Assembly: GCA_963827685.1 (NCBI GenBank)
Contig: CAWHBU010000004.1
Location: 160,001 to 224,000 of the forward strand
DNA length: 64,000 bases
DNA from: an uncultured delta proteobacterium
GTDB taxonomy: Bacteria; Desulfobacterota; BSN033; UBA1163
Direction of reading: 5' to 3'
Position 1 is the stretch's first letter. The number at the start of each line of letters is the position of its first letter. The notes beneath the pieces were generated by a model. That model ran no database searches. It worked only from the letters and a program-made list of their open reading frames with translations, and was not told where the DNA came from. A program made the translations under genes and the position numbers. This document shows positions 1 through 10,119 of this stretch, one piece after another.

Positions 1-387
1 AGCCTTGGCAACGGAAACAGGACTCTTTCGACCATCTCGTTGCCGTTTCAGCGCTTCATTGAACCTATTAAATAAACCTTTTATTGTGTGCTCATCAACA
101 TCTGACAATTCCTCAATATTTTTGTTTTTTAAATCGCTCAAAACAGCCAAATCGGTGCTTATGCAGCTAACCAATCCGTCAAAAGCATAATTGGAATAAA
201 GATAATTCCATCCCCGGATTATAATGCCAACGCCCTTAGCCATGTTCTCAGGGTTGCCCCAGTTCTCCGAGACAACTCCTAAGGCCTCAAAATAAATCGG
301 CCCTCTATTTTCCCGGTGATTGTACAATTCATACCCTTTGCGGAATTCCTCATAATCTGGAATGTGAAAATCTATATCGGCATCCAT
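1..387 (-). CDS. hypothetical protein, 3'-truncated by the window edge; ends in an SPVSVAKA motif reminiscent of HhH-glycosylase-like/DUF6308-type proteins
   Basis: Manually translated open frame from ATG 387 (MDADIDFHIPDYEEFRKGYELY...KSPVSVAKA) with an AGGTG RBS; not in the ORF track because it has no stop in the window. Confidence 0.7.
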   Translation of the reverse strand, partial: MDADIDFHIPDYEEFRKGYELYNHRENRGPIYFEALGVVSENWGNPENMAKGVGIIIRGWNYLYSNYAFDGLVSCISTDLAVLSDLKNKNIEELSDVDEHTIKGLFNRFNEALKRQRDGRKSPVSVAKA

Positions 388-394
388 AATTGAC

Positions 395-946
395 TCACCT
401 TCCCCCTCGCACATAGACCTCCGAATGCCTCTCATGCTCCAACCAATTCTTTGCATAGAGCGAAGCCAATTTCTTGTCTTTGATCACAAGAAGATTTTCT
501 GCATTCTTTTCTTCGGCAGCCTTTGTGAAATTAAAAGACCCGGTAATCACGGTCTCCCCATCGATAATCATCACCTTGTTGTGGGCTATGGCGTGTTTAG
601 CATCTATCTTGACAGGGATCCCTTGGTTATAGAGAAAAGTGGCTGATGAATACTTTTGTGTCCTTTGGCTCTTGTCCAGGACAACTTCCACCTTCACTCC
701 TCTCTTATGGGCATTCAACAGTGCTTTGGCGATGGGAGCGGATGTGAAGGAGTAGGCTTGGACAAGGATGGTGGTTTGGGCTTTGTTCAACTCTTTTATG
801 ATGGCTTCGGTCGCACCCCCTTTGGGGGAGAAATAGACTTCCCAGGTGCAGGTGGTGGGTTTTTCTTGGGGGAGGGTGATGGAGGGAGATAATATGCACC
901 AAAGGGTAATGGTAAAGAGCGTAAGTAAAGCGGTTATTCGATTCAT
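395..946 (-). CDS. phospholipase D family endonuclease (Nuc-like), probably secreted
   Basis: Single HKD motif HNKVMIID..TGSFNFT..A...NAEN; VYFSP start of domain; hydrophobic signal-like N-terminus from ATG 946. Confidence 0.9.
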   Translation of the reverse strand: MNRITALLTLFTITLWCILSPSITLPQEKPTTCTWEVYFSPKGGATEAIIKELNKAQTTILVQAYSFTSAPIAKALLNAHKRGVKVEVVLDKSQRTQKYSSATFLYNQGIPVKIDAKHAIAHNKVMIIDGETVITGSFNFTKAAEEKNAENLLVIKDKKLASLYAKNWLEHERHSEVYVRGGR

Positions 947-1073
947 TCGGTTCCTACTTGTTTCTTTATCTGATTGCGGAATCGTAACCAAAACATAAGA
1001 CTGAGGTGAGGCTGTGGTCAGCCAGTGGCTCTTCAGTCCAATCGGTTAAGAGTGGGGACTTATAGATACACAA

Positions 1074-2444
1074 TCAGCCGTGAAAGCGTTCTTGTAACCA
1101 ATCAGTCAGTTGGGGTCCTTCCAATTTTCTCGTCGTGTTACCTTCCCGAACGTACACCTCTCCATCGAAATGCACAACTCCAGGTTTTGCTACCGGTGGC
1201 ACATCAACTGCGCAAATGACCGAGTTATTCCAAGGCTCAAATCTGACATAGACTTTGCCCAAAAGGATTGGATGAAAGAGGGAGGAGCAAAGCAAATCTC
1301 GCAGTTTCTGTTCAAAACCGTCCCTATTTTTTTTCTTGCATAACCGGAAGTCTCTTTCAATACCTTTTATTTCACGCTTGTCAGAGACTCCGATGAACAA
1401 CGTGCCACCAGATGAATTCAAGAAAGCTGCAACAGTTCTGAGAGCAGACTTGAGCACAATTTGACTCGATGCGTTCGTATTCACGTCAATCTCTAAAGTC
1501 TCCTTGAACTCAATTGTTTGGCACTCGCCTCTCTTCAAACCATCTTCAATTGAAATCTGGTATTTACGCTTCTTCCTCTCATTAGAAATGAAGTACCAAC
1601 TTAACAATAGAATCACCGTCACCCATGACAAAAATGCAATGATAAAATTGAATCGCTTTAGCACTTGCAATGCCTCTCGTTGAGGAGAAAAATTGAGAGG
1701 GACTAAGATTGTGCCTACCGTTTTGTTGGAATGATCAGTAATCGGTGTCACCAGAATTAGATACTCCTTTCCCTCGATCTTTCTTTCCTGAACTGGGGTT
1801 GCAACTAATTTTGACAAATTGATTCTGTCAAGTTCCAAGGGTATCCCACCCCAATGCATTCTTAGATTCCCATGAGCATCAAATACTGCGTAATCCACTA
1901 TATTATCAGTTTCCCTCGTCGGTAGTTTCGTAGCCTGTTCTACGTTCAATTTGTTAAACTTCTTCGCATTTGTAGCGAGTGTTTCATCATCTTCTTTCAG
2001 GTTTTTCGGGTCTGCAATCCCCAAGACTATCGAGCCATCTTTAATCTTTTTAAGTAGAAGTCGCCATTTCTCACCAGCAAATGTGGTCACAGTTGTGAAC
2101 TTCGAAGGTTCTAAGCTCATTAGGAGCCTCGGGGAAGGGATGAGGCCAGGAATAAAGCCTTCTATATCTATGACAACACCGTTTTCAGCAATCACATAGT
2201 ATCTCGGAACTGGAAATGAAGCGTCACGATATTTCTTCAAATCCCAATGGTCAACGTACAACACAGCGTCTTTGACTTCCTTGGTCCAATCATTGAGTTG
2301 TGAAAGAGCAGTCTTCTTTGCTTGATTCTCGACAAATACGTATTGGACAATGGCAACAGCTGAGAAGAACAATGCGGAAAACAGCAGAACCCAAAGTATC
2401 TGCTTATGAGTCTCTTTCAAGTTTAGCTTTGAAAGTATTCCCAC
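1074..2444 (-). CDS. 2-TM membrane protein with extracytoplasmic tandem Cache/PAS-like region and cytoplasmic Schlafen AlbA_2 domain
   Basis: TM1 ILWVLLFSALFFSAVAIVQYVF; TM2 FIIAFLSWVTVILLLSWYF; C-terminal GECQTIEFKE...VAAFLNSSGGTLFIGVSD...YVREGNTT is the AlbA_2 signature. Confidence 0.8.
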   Translation of the reverse strand: MGILSKLNLKETHKQILWVLLFSALFFSAVAIVQYVFVENQAKKTALSQLNDWTKEVKDAVLYVDHWDLKKYRDASFPVPRYYVIAENGVVIDIEGFIPGLIPSPRLLMSLEPSKFTTVTTFAGEKWRLLLKKIKDGSIVLGIADPKNLKEDDETLATNAKKFNKLNVEQATKLPTRETDNIVDYAVFDAHGNLRMHWGGIPLELDRINLSKLVATPVQERKIEGKEYLILVTPITDHSNKTVGTILVPLNFSPQREALQVLKRFNFIIAFLSWVTVILLLSWYFISNERKKRKYQISIEDGLKRGECQTIEFKETLEIDVNTNASSQIVLKSALRTVAAFLNSSGGTLFIGVSDKREIKGIERDFRLCKKKNRDGFEQKLRDLLCSSLFHPILLGKVYVRFEPWNNSVICAVDVPPVAKPGVVHFDGEVYVREGNTTRKLEGPQLTDWLQERFHG

Positions 2445-2469
2445 CTCTTGTGCCCTCCGTAATTACCTT

Positions 2470-2576
2470 ATTCTCTGCAATATCCCTGGCGATTATGTCT
2501 GGTGGCGGAGGTTTTCCGAGTCCTCAAGGTTTTCATCTTTCAGCCAGAATATATCGGGGCTTACCTCGTCCCTCTG
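2470..2576 (-). pseudogene. C-terminal fragment of a second, unrelated type I HsdM
   Basis: Reads RDEVSPDIFWLKDENLEDSENL/PPDIIARDIAEN, a typical HsdM C-terminal motif, with a frameshift. Confidence 0.65.
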
Positions 2577-2590
2577 CTCCGACCGGAGTT

Positions 2591-5500
2591 TTATACCCCC
2601 ACATATACGCTTCGCCCCTCTCCATAGTAGCTCTCAAAAATATGCTGATACACGGCGTTGCATTTCTGAGTATAAATTTCCCGGGTGAATACCCGAGGCA
2701 GTTCATCCAGTTTATCCTCGACGGCCACACGGACAGCCGCTCGTGTCGCCTGTGTTTTCCGCCAGTCGAGAACCAATTTTTCCCGTTTCAGCGTCTCCAA
2801 CAGTTCACGGGCGATGCTTTTGACTTGCCCCTCTTCCTTCTTGGTGAGTTTCATCTCGGGCTTGGTGATGAGGTCAAACACCGCCAGTTCTTCCTCGGAC
2901 AGCCCCTCCGAAACCCCCCGTTTCTCCTCTTCTTGCAGTTCGTTTACAAACTTGAGCAGTCGCTCAAAGAACTCCTCTAAGTTGGCCGCACCCTGATTGT
3001 ATTCGTCGATCATCTGTTGGAATTTCTCCAAGTAGTCCACCCGGGTCTTGTTCAGTCGCACCATCTTTTCCAAAGCAGAATTGATGGCCCCACGGAGTTT
3101 TTCAATCTCCATGCGCCTCCGTTCTTTGGCAAACTCCTTCTTGAGAGCCTTAAAATCAATCTCGCTGAGGTCGATCAGTTTTTTCTTCCCATCGGGGGTC
3201 GATGATCCCAGAATGACATACCCTTTGGCTGTGATGTTCTCGTCCAACAGATCCTCTACCTCTTCCATGATCTTGGATACATCGGCCTCGGGCTGAAGAG
3301 CCTCTATTTTCAGTTGGATGACCCGGAACAGGGCACAAACAGGGACAAACTCGTTGGCCTCGGGGTCGGGGAGTATGGCCTTGAAGATACGGTTGACAGT
3401 ATTGGAGAGGTTGATAAACCGCTTTTTGGTGGTGTCGTTGACCAAAACTACGTCAACGGCCTCATCCAGTAACTTCACCCGCTCGAACCCTTTTGCGGCG
3501 ATGATGGGTTCCACCTTGACGCTTGTTTCCTTGAGAAACTGGACAGTCTGAGCGATGGCCGTTTTGAGCATGGCGACGAGTTCCGCCTTCTCTTTGACCG
3601 GTTCTTCTCCGGGTTTCACCCCTCCGCCCGAACCCGAACCATAGATCGCCAAGGCCCTTTGAAGGTTACGAAATACCCCCACGTAGTCAACGATAAGCCC
3701 GTTCACCTTGTCCTTAAAGACCCGGTTGGCCCGGGCGATGGTCTGCATCAATGTGTGGTTCCGCATTGGCTTGTCAAGGTAGATGGCGGAACAGGATGGG
3801 ACATCGAACCCGGTCATCCACATGGCGCAGACAAACACCAACCGGAACAGATCATCAGGGTCTTTGAATTTGGTGTCCAGATCCTCCTTCACCATTCGTT
3901 GGCGATGAGGGACGATGTCCACGCCCTTCTTTTTCAACTCGGCAACTTCATTCTGAGACGAGGAAACCACGACCGCCATGTCTGTTTCCCGCATATAGGA
4001 AATCTTTTTCTCCACGTCCTGTCGTCCCGGCCCTTCCAGTTTGTTTATCTGCTTTGTCAGTCGTTGGATCTTCTGCTTCCAGTATTTCTGCACCTTGTCA
4101 TACATCTTCACGGCGGTGGCTTTATCAATGCTCACAACCATGCCCTTACCGAGTTGTCCCCGCTCGGTGAAGTGTTCGACGATGTCCTCGGCGATCTTTT
4201 CCAAGCGATCTTCCCGGGTGATAAGGTGATATTCCCGGGAAAATTCCCTTTCCAACTTCTTCTCTTGGGCCTCGTCAAGCTCTGCCTCTTCCAACAGCCG
4301 ATCCATCCCCTCCTTGAAAGCTCTCTCGTCCTTTAATTGAAGTTCAGGGATACGATTTTCATAGTAGAGCGGCACCGTGGCTCCGTCGTCCACGGACTGT
4401 TTGAAGTTGTAGATAGAAACATACTCACCAAATACCTCCCGAGTCTTTTCCTCTCCTATGATGAGTGGCGTTCCGGTGAAGGCGAGGAATGACGCTTTGG
4501 GAAGGGCGTTTCTCATGTTCAGGGCGAGGGTGTCATATTGGCTCCGGTGTGCCTCATCGGTGATGACGATAATGTCCTCCCTCTGCGATAGGACAGGATG
4601 GGGACTGCCATCCTCGGTGCGAAATTTGTGGATCAGGGTGAAAACGAACCGGTGATCCTCGGTGAGGAGGCGCCGGAGGTCTTTTGAACTTTCGGCTTGA
4701 CAATGGCCTTCCGTGATTACCCCGGCATTTGCAAAGGTCTTGTAGATCTGGTCGTCCAGTTCCTGCCGGTCGGTAACGACGACGAATGTCCAGTTCCCCG
4801 GCACTTTCCGCAAGACCTTCTGGGAGAAGAAAATCATGGAAATGGACTTGCCGCTTCCCTGCGTATGCCAGAACACACCCAAACGGCCCTTGCGGTTCTT
4901 GATTTCTTGCAGGGCAGCCATGGCGTTTTCCACCCCAAGATACTGGTGGTTCTTGGGCACAATCTTGACTATCCCGCCCCGGACTTCCATGAACAGGAGA
5001 AAGTTCTCCAAGATGTCCAGAAACCGGATTGGCTCGCAAGTCCCTCGGAGAACGGTTTCAAGGGAGATGACTCCTTCTTCCCCCTCGCTGTTGATTTTCT
5101 TCCAGTCATTGAAGTGGCCCCAGTCGGATGTGATGCTTCCAACCTTAGCCTCACTTCCATTGGAGAGGATGATGAAGGCATTGAACCAGAAGAGTTGCGG
5201 GATGGTGTCCTTGTAGTCTGTCAGATTTCCCGTGAAGGCTGTTTGAATCTGTTTGTGGCTTGCCTTGAGTTCGACAAACAGGAGCGGGATGCCGTTGACG
5301 AATCCCACGAGGTCGGCCCGCCTCTTATACATTTCCCCCACGAGCCAAAACTGGGAAACCAAGAGAAAATCATTGTTGGCGTGGTTGTCCCAATCTACGA
5401 GCCTGACAGTTTCAACCTTCTCCCCACCTCCTTCCGGGTCGGGAATATGGACTTTGACGCCGTTTCGCAGAAGTTGGTATATCTCCCGATTGGCGGCAGG

Positions 5501-5770
5501 CATACTGAGCCGAGAACGGTCACGAGTCAATTCCTCAAACATAAGATTATTTGCTTCGGGAGGGAGGTCGGGGTTCAGACGCTTGAAAGCAATACGAAGG
5601 CGGGATTGGAGGATAATTTCGGATTGATTATCCCGGCCAAGAGTACCGGAAGGGCCAAGAATTTCATGCAGGGCGTTGATATGACCCCATCCCAATTTTT
5701 TAAGCATTTCGATGGCGGGCAGTTCAATGAGTTCTTGCTCGGAATACGAATAGCTGCCTTTGAGTGTCAT
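2591..5770 (-). CDS. hsdR: type I restriction endonuclease subunit R
   Basis: RADLVGFVNGIPLLFVELK nuclease motif, HTQGSGKS Walker A, DEAHRSQ, FTGTP, MQTIARANR. Confidence 0.97.
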   Translation of the reverse strand: MTLKGSYSYSEQELIELPAIEMLKKLGWGHINALHEILGPSGTLGRDNQSEIILQSRLRIAFKRLNPDLPPEANNLMFEELTRDRSRLSMPAANREIYQLLRNGVKVHIPDPEGGGEKVETVRLVDWDNHANNDFLLVSQFWLVGEMYKRRADLVGFVNGIPLLFVELKASHKQIQTAFTGNLTDYKDTIPQLFWFNAFIILSNGSEAKVGSITSDWGHFNDWKKINSEGEEGVISLETVLRGTCEPIRFLDILENFLLFMEVRGGIVKIVPKNHQYLGVENAMAALQEIKNRKGRLGVFWHTQGSGKSISMIFFSQKVLRKVPGNWTFVVVTDRQELDDQIYKTFANAGVITEGHCQAESSKDLRRLLTEDHRFVFTLIHKFRTEDGSPHPVLSQREDIIVITDEAHRSQYDTLALNMRNALPKASFLAFTGTPLIIGEEKTREVFGEYVSIYNFKQSVDDGATVPLYYENRIPELQLKDERAFKEGMDRLLEEAELDEAQEKKLEREFSREYHLITREDRLEKIAEDIVEHFTERGQLGKGMVVSIDKATAVKMYDKVQKYWKQKIQRLTKQINKLEGPGRQDVEKKISYMRETDMAVVVSSSQNEVAELKKKGVDIVPHRQRMVKEDLDTKFKDPDDLFRLVFVCAMWMTGFDVPSCSAIYLDKPMRNHTLMQTIARANRVFKDKVNGLIVDYVGVFRNLQRALAIYGSGSGGGVKPGEEPVKEKAELVAMLKTAIAQTVQFLKETSVKVEPIIAAKGFERVKLLDEAVDVVLVNDTTKKRFINLSNTVNRIFKAILPDPEANEFVPVCALFRVIQLKIEALQPEADVSKIMEEVEDLLDENITAKGYVILGSSTPDGKKKLIDLSEIDFKALKKEFAKERRRMEIEKLRGAINSALEKMVRLNKTRVDYLEKFQQMIDEYNQGAANLEEFFERLLKFVNELQEEEKRGVSEGLSEEELAVFDLITKPEMKLTKKEEGQVKSIARELLETLKREKLVLDWRKTQATRAAVRVAVEDKLDELPRVFTREIYTQKCNAVYQHIFESYYGEGRSVYVGV

Positions 5771-6963
5771 GCGTTGGCCTCGGCAATAGCGATATCCAGT
5801 TCTGAAACGTCCAGTTCGTCGGAGATGAGTTTGGGGAGGAGAAGATCACGGGTTTGGCGGAGGATACGATTTTTCTTACCAAGAACAGCGAGTTGTTCAG
5901 CGATTGGCAAACATATTTTCTCAAACCGGACAAGGTGTCCCTTCGGAGGATAAAGGCATTCAATCCTTTCCATATCACCTTTAGTTACGGCCTTAAAAAT
6001 TGTCCCTCCGCCCATGATGTCCTCTTCCGTGAAGATTTCTTTGAGTTGATGGAAAGCAAAACATTGGTAACCATCCAAGTTTCGGATCGCAGACAGACCC
6101 CTACCAATAATAATCTTGTGGTCAGTAAGGTTTAACCTTCCTACCGGTGCCCTAACGCTGAAAAGAATATCCCCTGCTTCTGCAATCCTACCGGCAAACG
6201 TGCAATATACCCGTGTTGTCGGGAACCGTTCTCCGAAGTCAGTAACACCTTGATGGAATGGAAGCCCTTCACCATTGGTGTTGTAAAATTCTGATTTCGG
6301 AGATTGCCCCATAAGAATAGAGCAAACATCACTCAAGTGTTTTACCTCCCATCCCTCCGGTATCTTTCCCAAGGACGAATCCACCATCTTGACTTTCTGG
6401 TGGCCGGGGAAGCGGAACTTTACGAACCACTCCCGGTAGAGGGTCTGGGCTATCTCCTCCAATATCTTGATGCGCCGGAGATTGTTCTCGATCAGATCGT
6501 CGTAGGCAGAGAGAATAGAGGCGATTTTATCTTGCGTCTGTCCATCCGAAGGGATGAGCAAAAGGAGGCTATTTAGGTCAGCCTTGTTTACTGCTCCAAA
6601 GACGGCCCCGCTTTCAGCAGCATGAATATTTTCAACGTTGGCCTTTAATAAGTAAAAAATAAACCGCCCCGATCTATTTGGCCGAATTGCACATAGACCT
6701 CGACCAATGCAGCACTCTTCGGTGGCGAGGTTCAAAGCACCAACAGGCGCTCGGACACTCATAAGAATGTCCCGGGGAAGAGCAATCTTGGATGGTAGTG
6801 AGCAATAGGTCGAGGGAGAGGGATGTAATTCTCCGAAATCTCGGTTACCTTGGAAAAAAGGCAGACCATCTCCTCGGTTATTGTAATATTCTGATTTTGG
6901 AGACTGGCCCATAATGATCGTTGCCAGATCTCCAAGCCTCTTTTGCTCCCAAGATGTGGCCAT
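5767..6963 (-). CDS. hsdS: type I R-M specificity subunit with two closely similar TRDs
   Basis: Conserved spacer QDKIASILSAYDDLIENN...LYREWFV...IPEGWEV and RDLLLPKL; start overlaps the hsdM stop (TGATG). Confidence 0.95.
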   Translation of the reverse strand: MATSWEQKRLGDLATIIMGQSPKSEYYNNRGDGLPFFQGNRDFGELHPSPSTYCSLPSKIALPRDILMSVRAPVGALNLATEECCIGRGLCAIRPNRSGRFIFYLLKANVENIHAAESGAVFGAVNKADLNSLLLLIPSDGQTQDKIASILSAYDDLIENNLRRIKILEEIAQTLYREWFVKFRFPGHQKVKMVDSSLGKIPEGWEVKHLSDVCSILMGQSPKSEFYNTNGEGLPFHQGVTDFGERFPTTRVYCTFAGRIAEAGDILFSVRAPVGRLNLTDHKIIIGRGLSAIRNLDGYQCFAFHQLKEIFTEEDIMGGGTIFKAVTKGDMERIECLYPPKGHLVRFEKICLPIAEQLAVLGKKNRILRQTRDLLLPKLISDELDVSELDIAIAEANA

Positions 6964-8516
6964 CACCAACCTTCGATAATTTTCGGGATATTCTCTGCAA
7001 TCCTTTCCTCCAACTCCCTCGCTTTAACGTTCAGGACTTCCAACTCCTCGTTCAACTCCTGCAATCGCTCCTTAAAGTCGAAGTCATCTGCCTCTCCCTC
7101 GGTCACTCCTACATAGCGTCCGGGGTTCAAGCTCCATCCTTGAGCCTCAATTTCCTTAATGGCGGCCACCTTGCATAATCCGGGGACATCTGCATACTTT
7201 CCCTTCGGGAACTTTTCAGCCATCAACTTGGCGCTCTCGTGATGATTCTCATGCTTCTCCCCTCGGTAAAGCCGAACGATATTGGCAAGAAACTCAATCT
7301 GCTCGGGTTTAAAGTCCCTATGGGCACGATCAATCTGGTTGTAGATGTGCCGAGCATCGAGGAACAGCACCTTGTCCTGTCTGTCAGTCCCCTTCTTTGC
7401 TCGGTCGAGGAACCAGAGCATACATGGCAGGGTAACGGTGTAGAACATATTCGGCCCCACCGCTACCATCACGTCCACCGCCCGGTCTTGGATAAGTTTT
7501 TTGCGGATTTCCAATTCAGAGGCCCGGGCGTCTGCCGCCGAGTTTGCCATGACGAAACCGGCTCTGCCCTTCTTGCTCAAGGCACTGTAAAAAATCTGTA
7601 TCCAGAGGTAATTGGCGTTATCGACCTTGGGCAAACCAAGAGGGAAGCGAGGATCGTCTTTGAGGCGGTCTTTATCTACTCGGTCAACATTGAACGGAGG
7701 ATTGGCGAGGACAAAGTCGAATTTCCCCGGACTGGTGTGTAGATCTTCATAGTAGGTGTTTCCCTGTCGGATGTCCCCTGCAAGTCCGTGGACGGCAAGG
7801 TTCATTTTATTGAGGCGACCGGTTTCCGCCACCCGCTCCTGCCCGTAGATGCTGATCTCCGCACTCGGGTTCTTCTTGTGCTCCTCAACGAAATGAGCGC
7901 TCTGGACGAACATACCACCTGACCCACAGGCTGGGTCGAAGATGCGGCCATGAAAGGGTTCCAATATCTCGACGATGAGTTTAACTATTGCTGTCGGAGT
8001 GAAGAACTCCCCCCCCTTTTGTCCTTCAGCCATGGCGAACTTGCCAAGGAAATATTCATAAATTTTTCCGAAAGCGTCTCCTTCAATGTCCATGGGGATG
8101 GAAGCCATGATCTTCAGGAGTTCCACCAAGGATGAGTTTTCCAGCCGGTTGTAGGTCTTAGGCAGGACGTCCTTCAGATCAGGATTCTCCGCTTCGATAG
8201 CCTTCATTGCATCGTTGATTGCCTGCCCGATATTTGCTCCCTCGGGTTTCTGAAGGAGTTTCTGGAAGCGGGCGGTTTCAGGAAGGTAGAGAACACCTTT
8301 TGCTTGATAGTCGGACTTCCCGATCTGTCGGCGTCCTGTCCCCTTGCCCTCCAGTTCCTTCTGGGCGGCGGCGAACTTTTGGTCAGCGTAGCGAAGGAAG
8401 ATAAGACCAAGAACGGGGATTGAATATTCCGAGGATTTGAGTTTGGAGTTCGCCCTCAGTTCGTCGGCGGCATCCCAAAGACGTTTTTCAATCTGGTTGT
8501 TATTCCCAACAGCCAT
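6963..8516 (-). CDS. hsdM: type I R-M N6-adenine methyltransferase subunit
   Basis: [30 protein letters not shown]. Confidence 0.97.
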   Translation of the reverse strand: MAVGNNNQIEKRLWDAADELRANSKLKSSEYSIPVLGLIFLRYADQKFAAAQKELEGKGTGRRQIGKSDYQAKGVLYLPETARFQKLLQKPEGANIGQAINDAMKAIEAENPDLKDVLPKTYNRLENSSLVELLKIMASIPMDIEGDAFGKIYEYFLGKFAMAEGQKGGEFFTPTAIVKLIVEILEPFHGRIFDPACGSGGMFVQSAHFVEEHKKNPSAEISIYGQERVAETGRLNKMNLAVHGLAGDIRQGNTYYEDLHTSPGKFDFVLANPPFNVDRVDKDRLKDDPRFPLGLPKVDNANYLWIQIFYSALSKKGRAGFVMANSAADARASELEIRKKLIQDRAVDVMVAVGPNMFYTVTLPCMLWFLDRAKKGTDRQDKVLFLDARHIYNQIDRAHRDFKPEQIEFLANIVRLYRGEKHENHHESAKLMAEKFPKGKYADVPGLCKVAAIKEIEAQGWSLNPGRYVGVTEGEADDFDFKERLQELNEELEVLNVKARELEERIAENIPKIIEGW

Positions 8517-8596
8517 ATTATCTCCTTCAAAGATTTTTGACGGTTACACACTTTTATTTTGAGATTAAAAGGGAGGCTTCAGTTTGAATAGGAGTT

Positions 8597-8631
8597 TACT
8601 AAATCAGGAACGGGGTGTCAATGAGAATTGA
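8597..8631 (-). promoter_or_regulatory. sigma70 promoter for hsdMSR; copy 1 of a 35-bp direct repeat
   Basis: Minus strand TTGACA-ccccgttcctgatttag(17)-TAAACT; 34/35 identical to 10030-10064. Confidence 0.75.
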
Positions 8632-8988
8632 AGGGCAAGGAAATCCTGTTCTACAAATGTTTAGCGAGCTTTATTTAATTCTTATTCGAAATTTCCAATT
8701 TATTTCACGATGATTTTTTATCACCCAAATTCGGTGAGGATCGACCTTCGAAAACCCCTTTGATATCCGCTTTAGGTCATTCCCTTTGGGTGATAAAAGA
8801 GACACAAATATTACCCAAATTTCGGCTCTCGGCTCTGATTCAGACGGAATAATCAAGCGGGGTTGAACTGTTGCAAATACAAGGCGGATTGTTCATTTTG
8901 CGAAAGCAAAATTACTTATATTTGAAAGCTCATAAAGTCTTAATAACCAAATTATTGTAGCCCTCTGACAATTAATCTTTAGGGCAGC

Positions 8989-9660
8989 CTATTTGAAGTA
9001 CATCTTTACAACAGCCCCGTAGACGAGCAACCCAATCCCCCCTAATGCCATTATGCAAAGGGCAAAGAGAAACCAAAAAAACCCATCGCGCTTTCGTTGG
9101 TACGCCGGCAGTTCGCTTCCCAGGAATTCTGTCTCAAGGTTCACTGGGGGATACCGTCTTAACCGAGGAAATGGCCACTCCCACCAATCGGGATCGTCTA
9201 CCATTGGATAACGGTCATAGACACCGACCGAAAATTTTCCATATGGCCTGAGTGCAATAGTTAGAAGATCCTGGGCTTGCTGTCTGATCAATCTGATGCT
9301 GTCATAGAAATTCTTGTACCTGGATACTCCAACATAAGCACCTAAGACCGCCCCAAAAAACACGCTCAGACTTCCATAGCGTTTCCCTTTAATATGGATA
9401 AGTACCTTCAAGCCAAACAGTGACTCAAGCGCCCGAGGTAGGGTACCCGTCAAGGTCTGGGTGACCAAATCCTCGATAAGTTGTCTCTCTTTGCTATCCT
9501 CACTGATGCGGCGGCTCTCGATATTGCTGTCCTCCTGTGGAGAGTATTCCACTTTCGCTTCAAGAATTGCCTCTCTTTTTTGCAGTAGCATCTCTCTTCC
9601 CTCCGGCTGCATAGCTTTAAAGAACAGCAGATTGCAAAACTGCTGATTGAGATAATCCAT
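8989..9660 (-). CDS. hypothetical membrane protein
   Basis: 223-aa ORF with a hydrophobic C-terminal helix and an internal GSLSVFFGAVLG segment. Confidence 0.65.
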   Translation of the reverse strand: MDYLNQQFCNLLFFKAMQPEGREMLLQKREAILEAKVEYSPQEDSNIESRRISEDSKERQLIEDLVTQTLTGTLPRALESLFGLKVLIHIKGKRYGSLSVFFGAVLGAYVGVSRYKNFYDSIRLIRQQAQDLLTIALRPYGKFSVGVYDRYPMVDDPDWWEWPFPRLRRYPPVNLETEFLGSELPAYQRKRDGFFWFLFALCIMALGGIGLLVYGAVVKMYFK

Positions 9661-9851
9661 TGAGATGATGTTTATGGAACGATTGTAATATACACATTTT
9701 CCAAACTTATTGGAAGCAAAAAGTTTAGGGAAAAATCCTTACAGAACGCGTTGCCCTCGAACGAACAATCTCGTTTGCATCAACTCTTCAAAGCCCAATT
9801 CAGAAGTCTTCGAATGTCAACGGAATTCCTTCTGTTAGAGTCGCCGTCTTC

Positions 9852-10019
9852 TCAACTCCCAAATTGCAGACTCCTGATCGCCTCCACCTTCCGGTCATCT
9901 GTGGTGTGGAGATACCTTTCTGTGGTGCGAATATGAGAATGGCCCATGAGGGCCTGGACGGTTTTAAGATCCGCTTCTCTATCCAAAAGGATTGTGGCAA
10001 AGGTGTGAAGGATAACGTG
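9852..10019 (-). pseudogene. 3' remnant of a tyrosine recombinase paralogous to 12548-13156
   Basis: HVILHTFATILLDREADLKTVQALMGHSHIRTTERYLHTTDDRKVEAIRSLQFGS* aligns with the C-terminus of the intact copy. Confidence 0.85.
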
Positions 10020-10029
10020 AACAGAAGTG

Positions 10030-10064
10030 TACTAAATCAGGAACGGGGTGTCAATGGGAATTGA
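10030..10064 (-). promoter_or_regulatory. copy 2 of the 35-bp promoter repeat
   Basis: Minus strand TTGACA-17-TACACT, directly upstream of the recombinase remnant. Confidence 0.7.
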
Positions 10065-10119
10065 GAGCGGGTGAAAAAGGTCTTGGCATTCCCCAACCTT
10101 TCTGGGATAATACTAAAAT

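Noticed and set aside
4697-5953. 418-aa plus-strand ORF and other long antisense ORFs
   Set aside because: Shadow frames of hsdR and other real genes, with no recognisable motifs.
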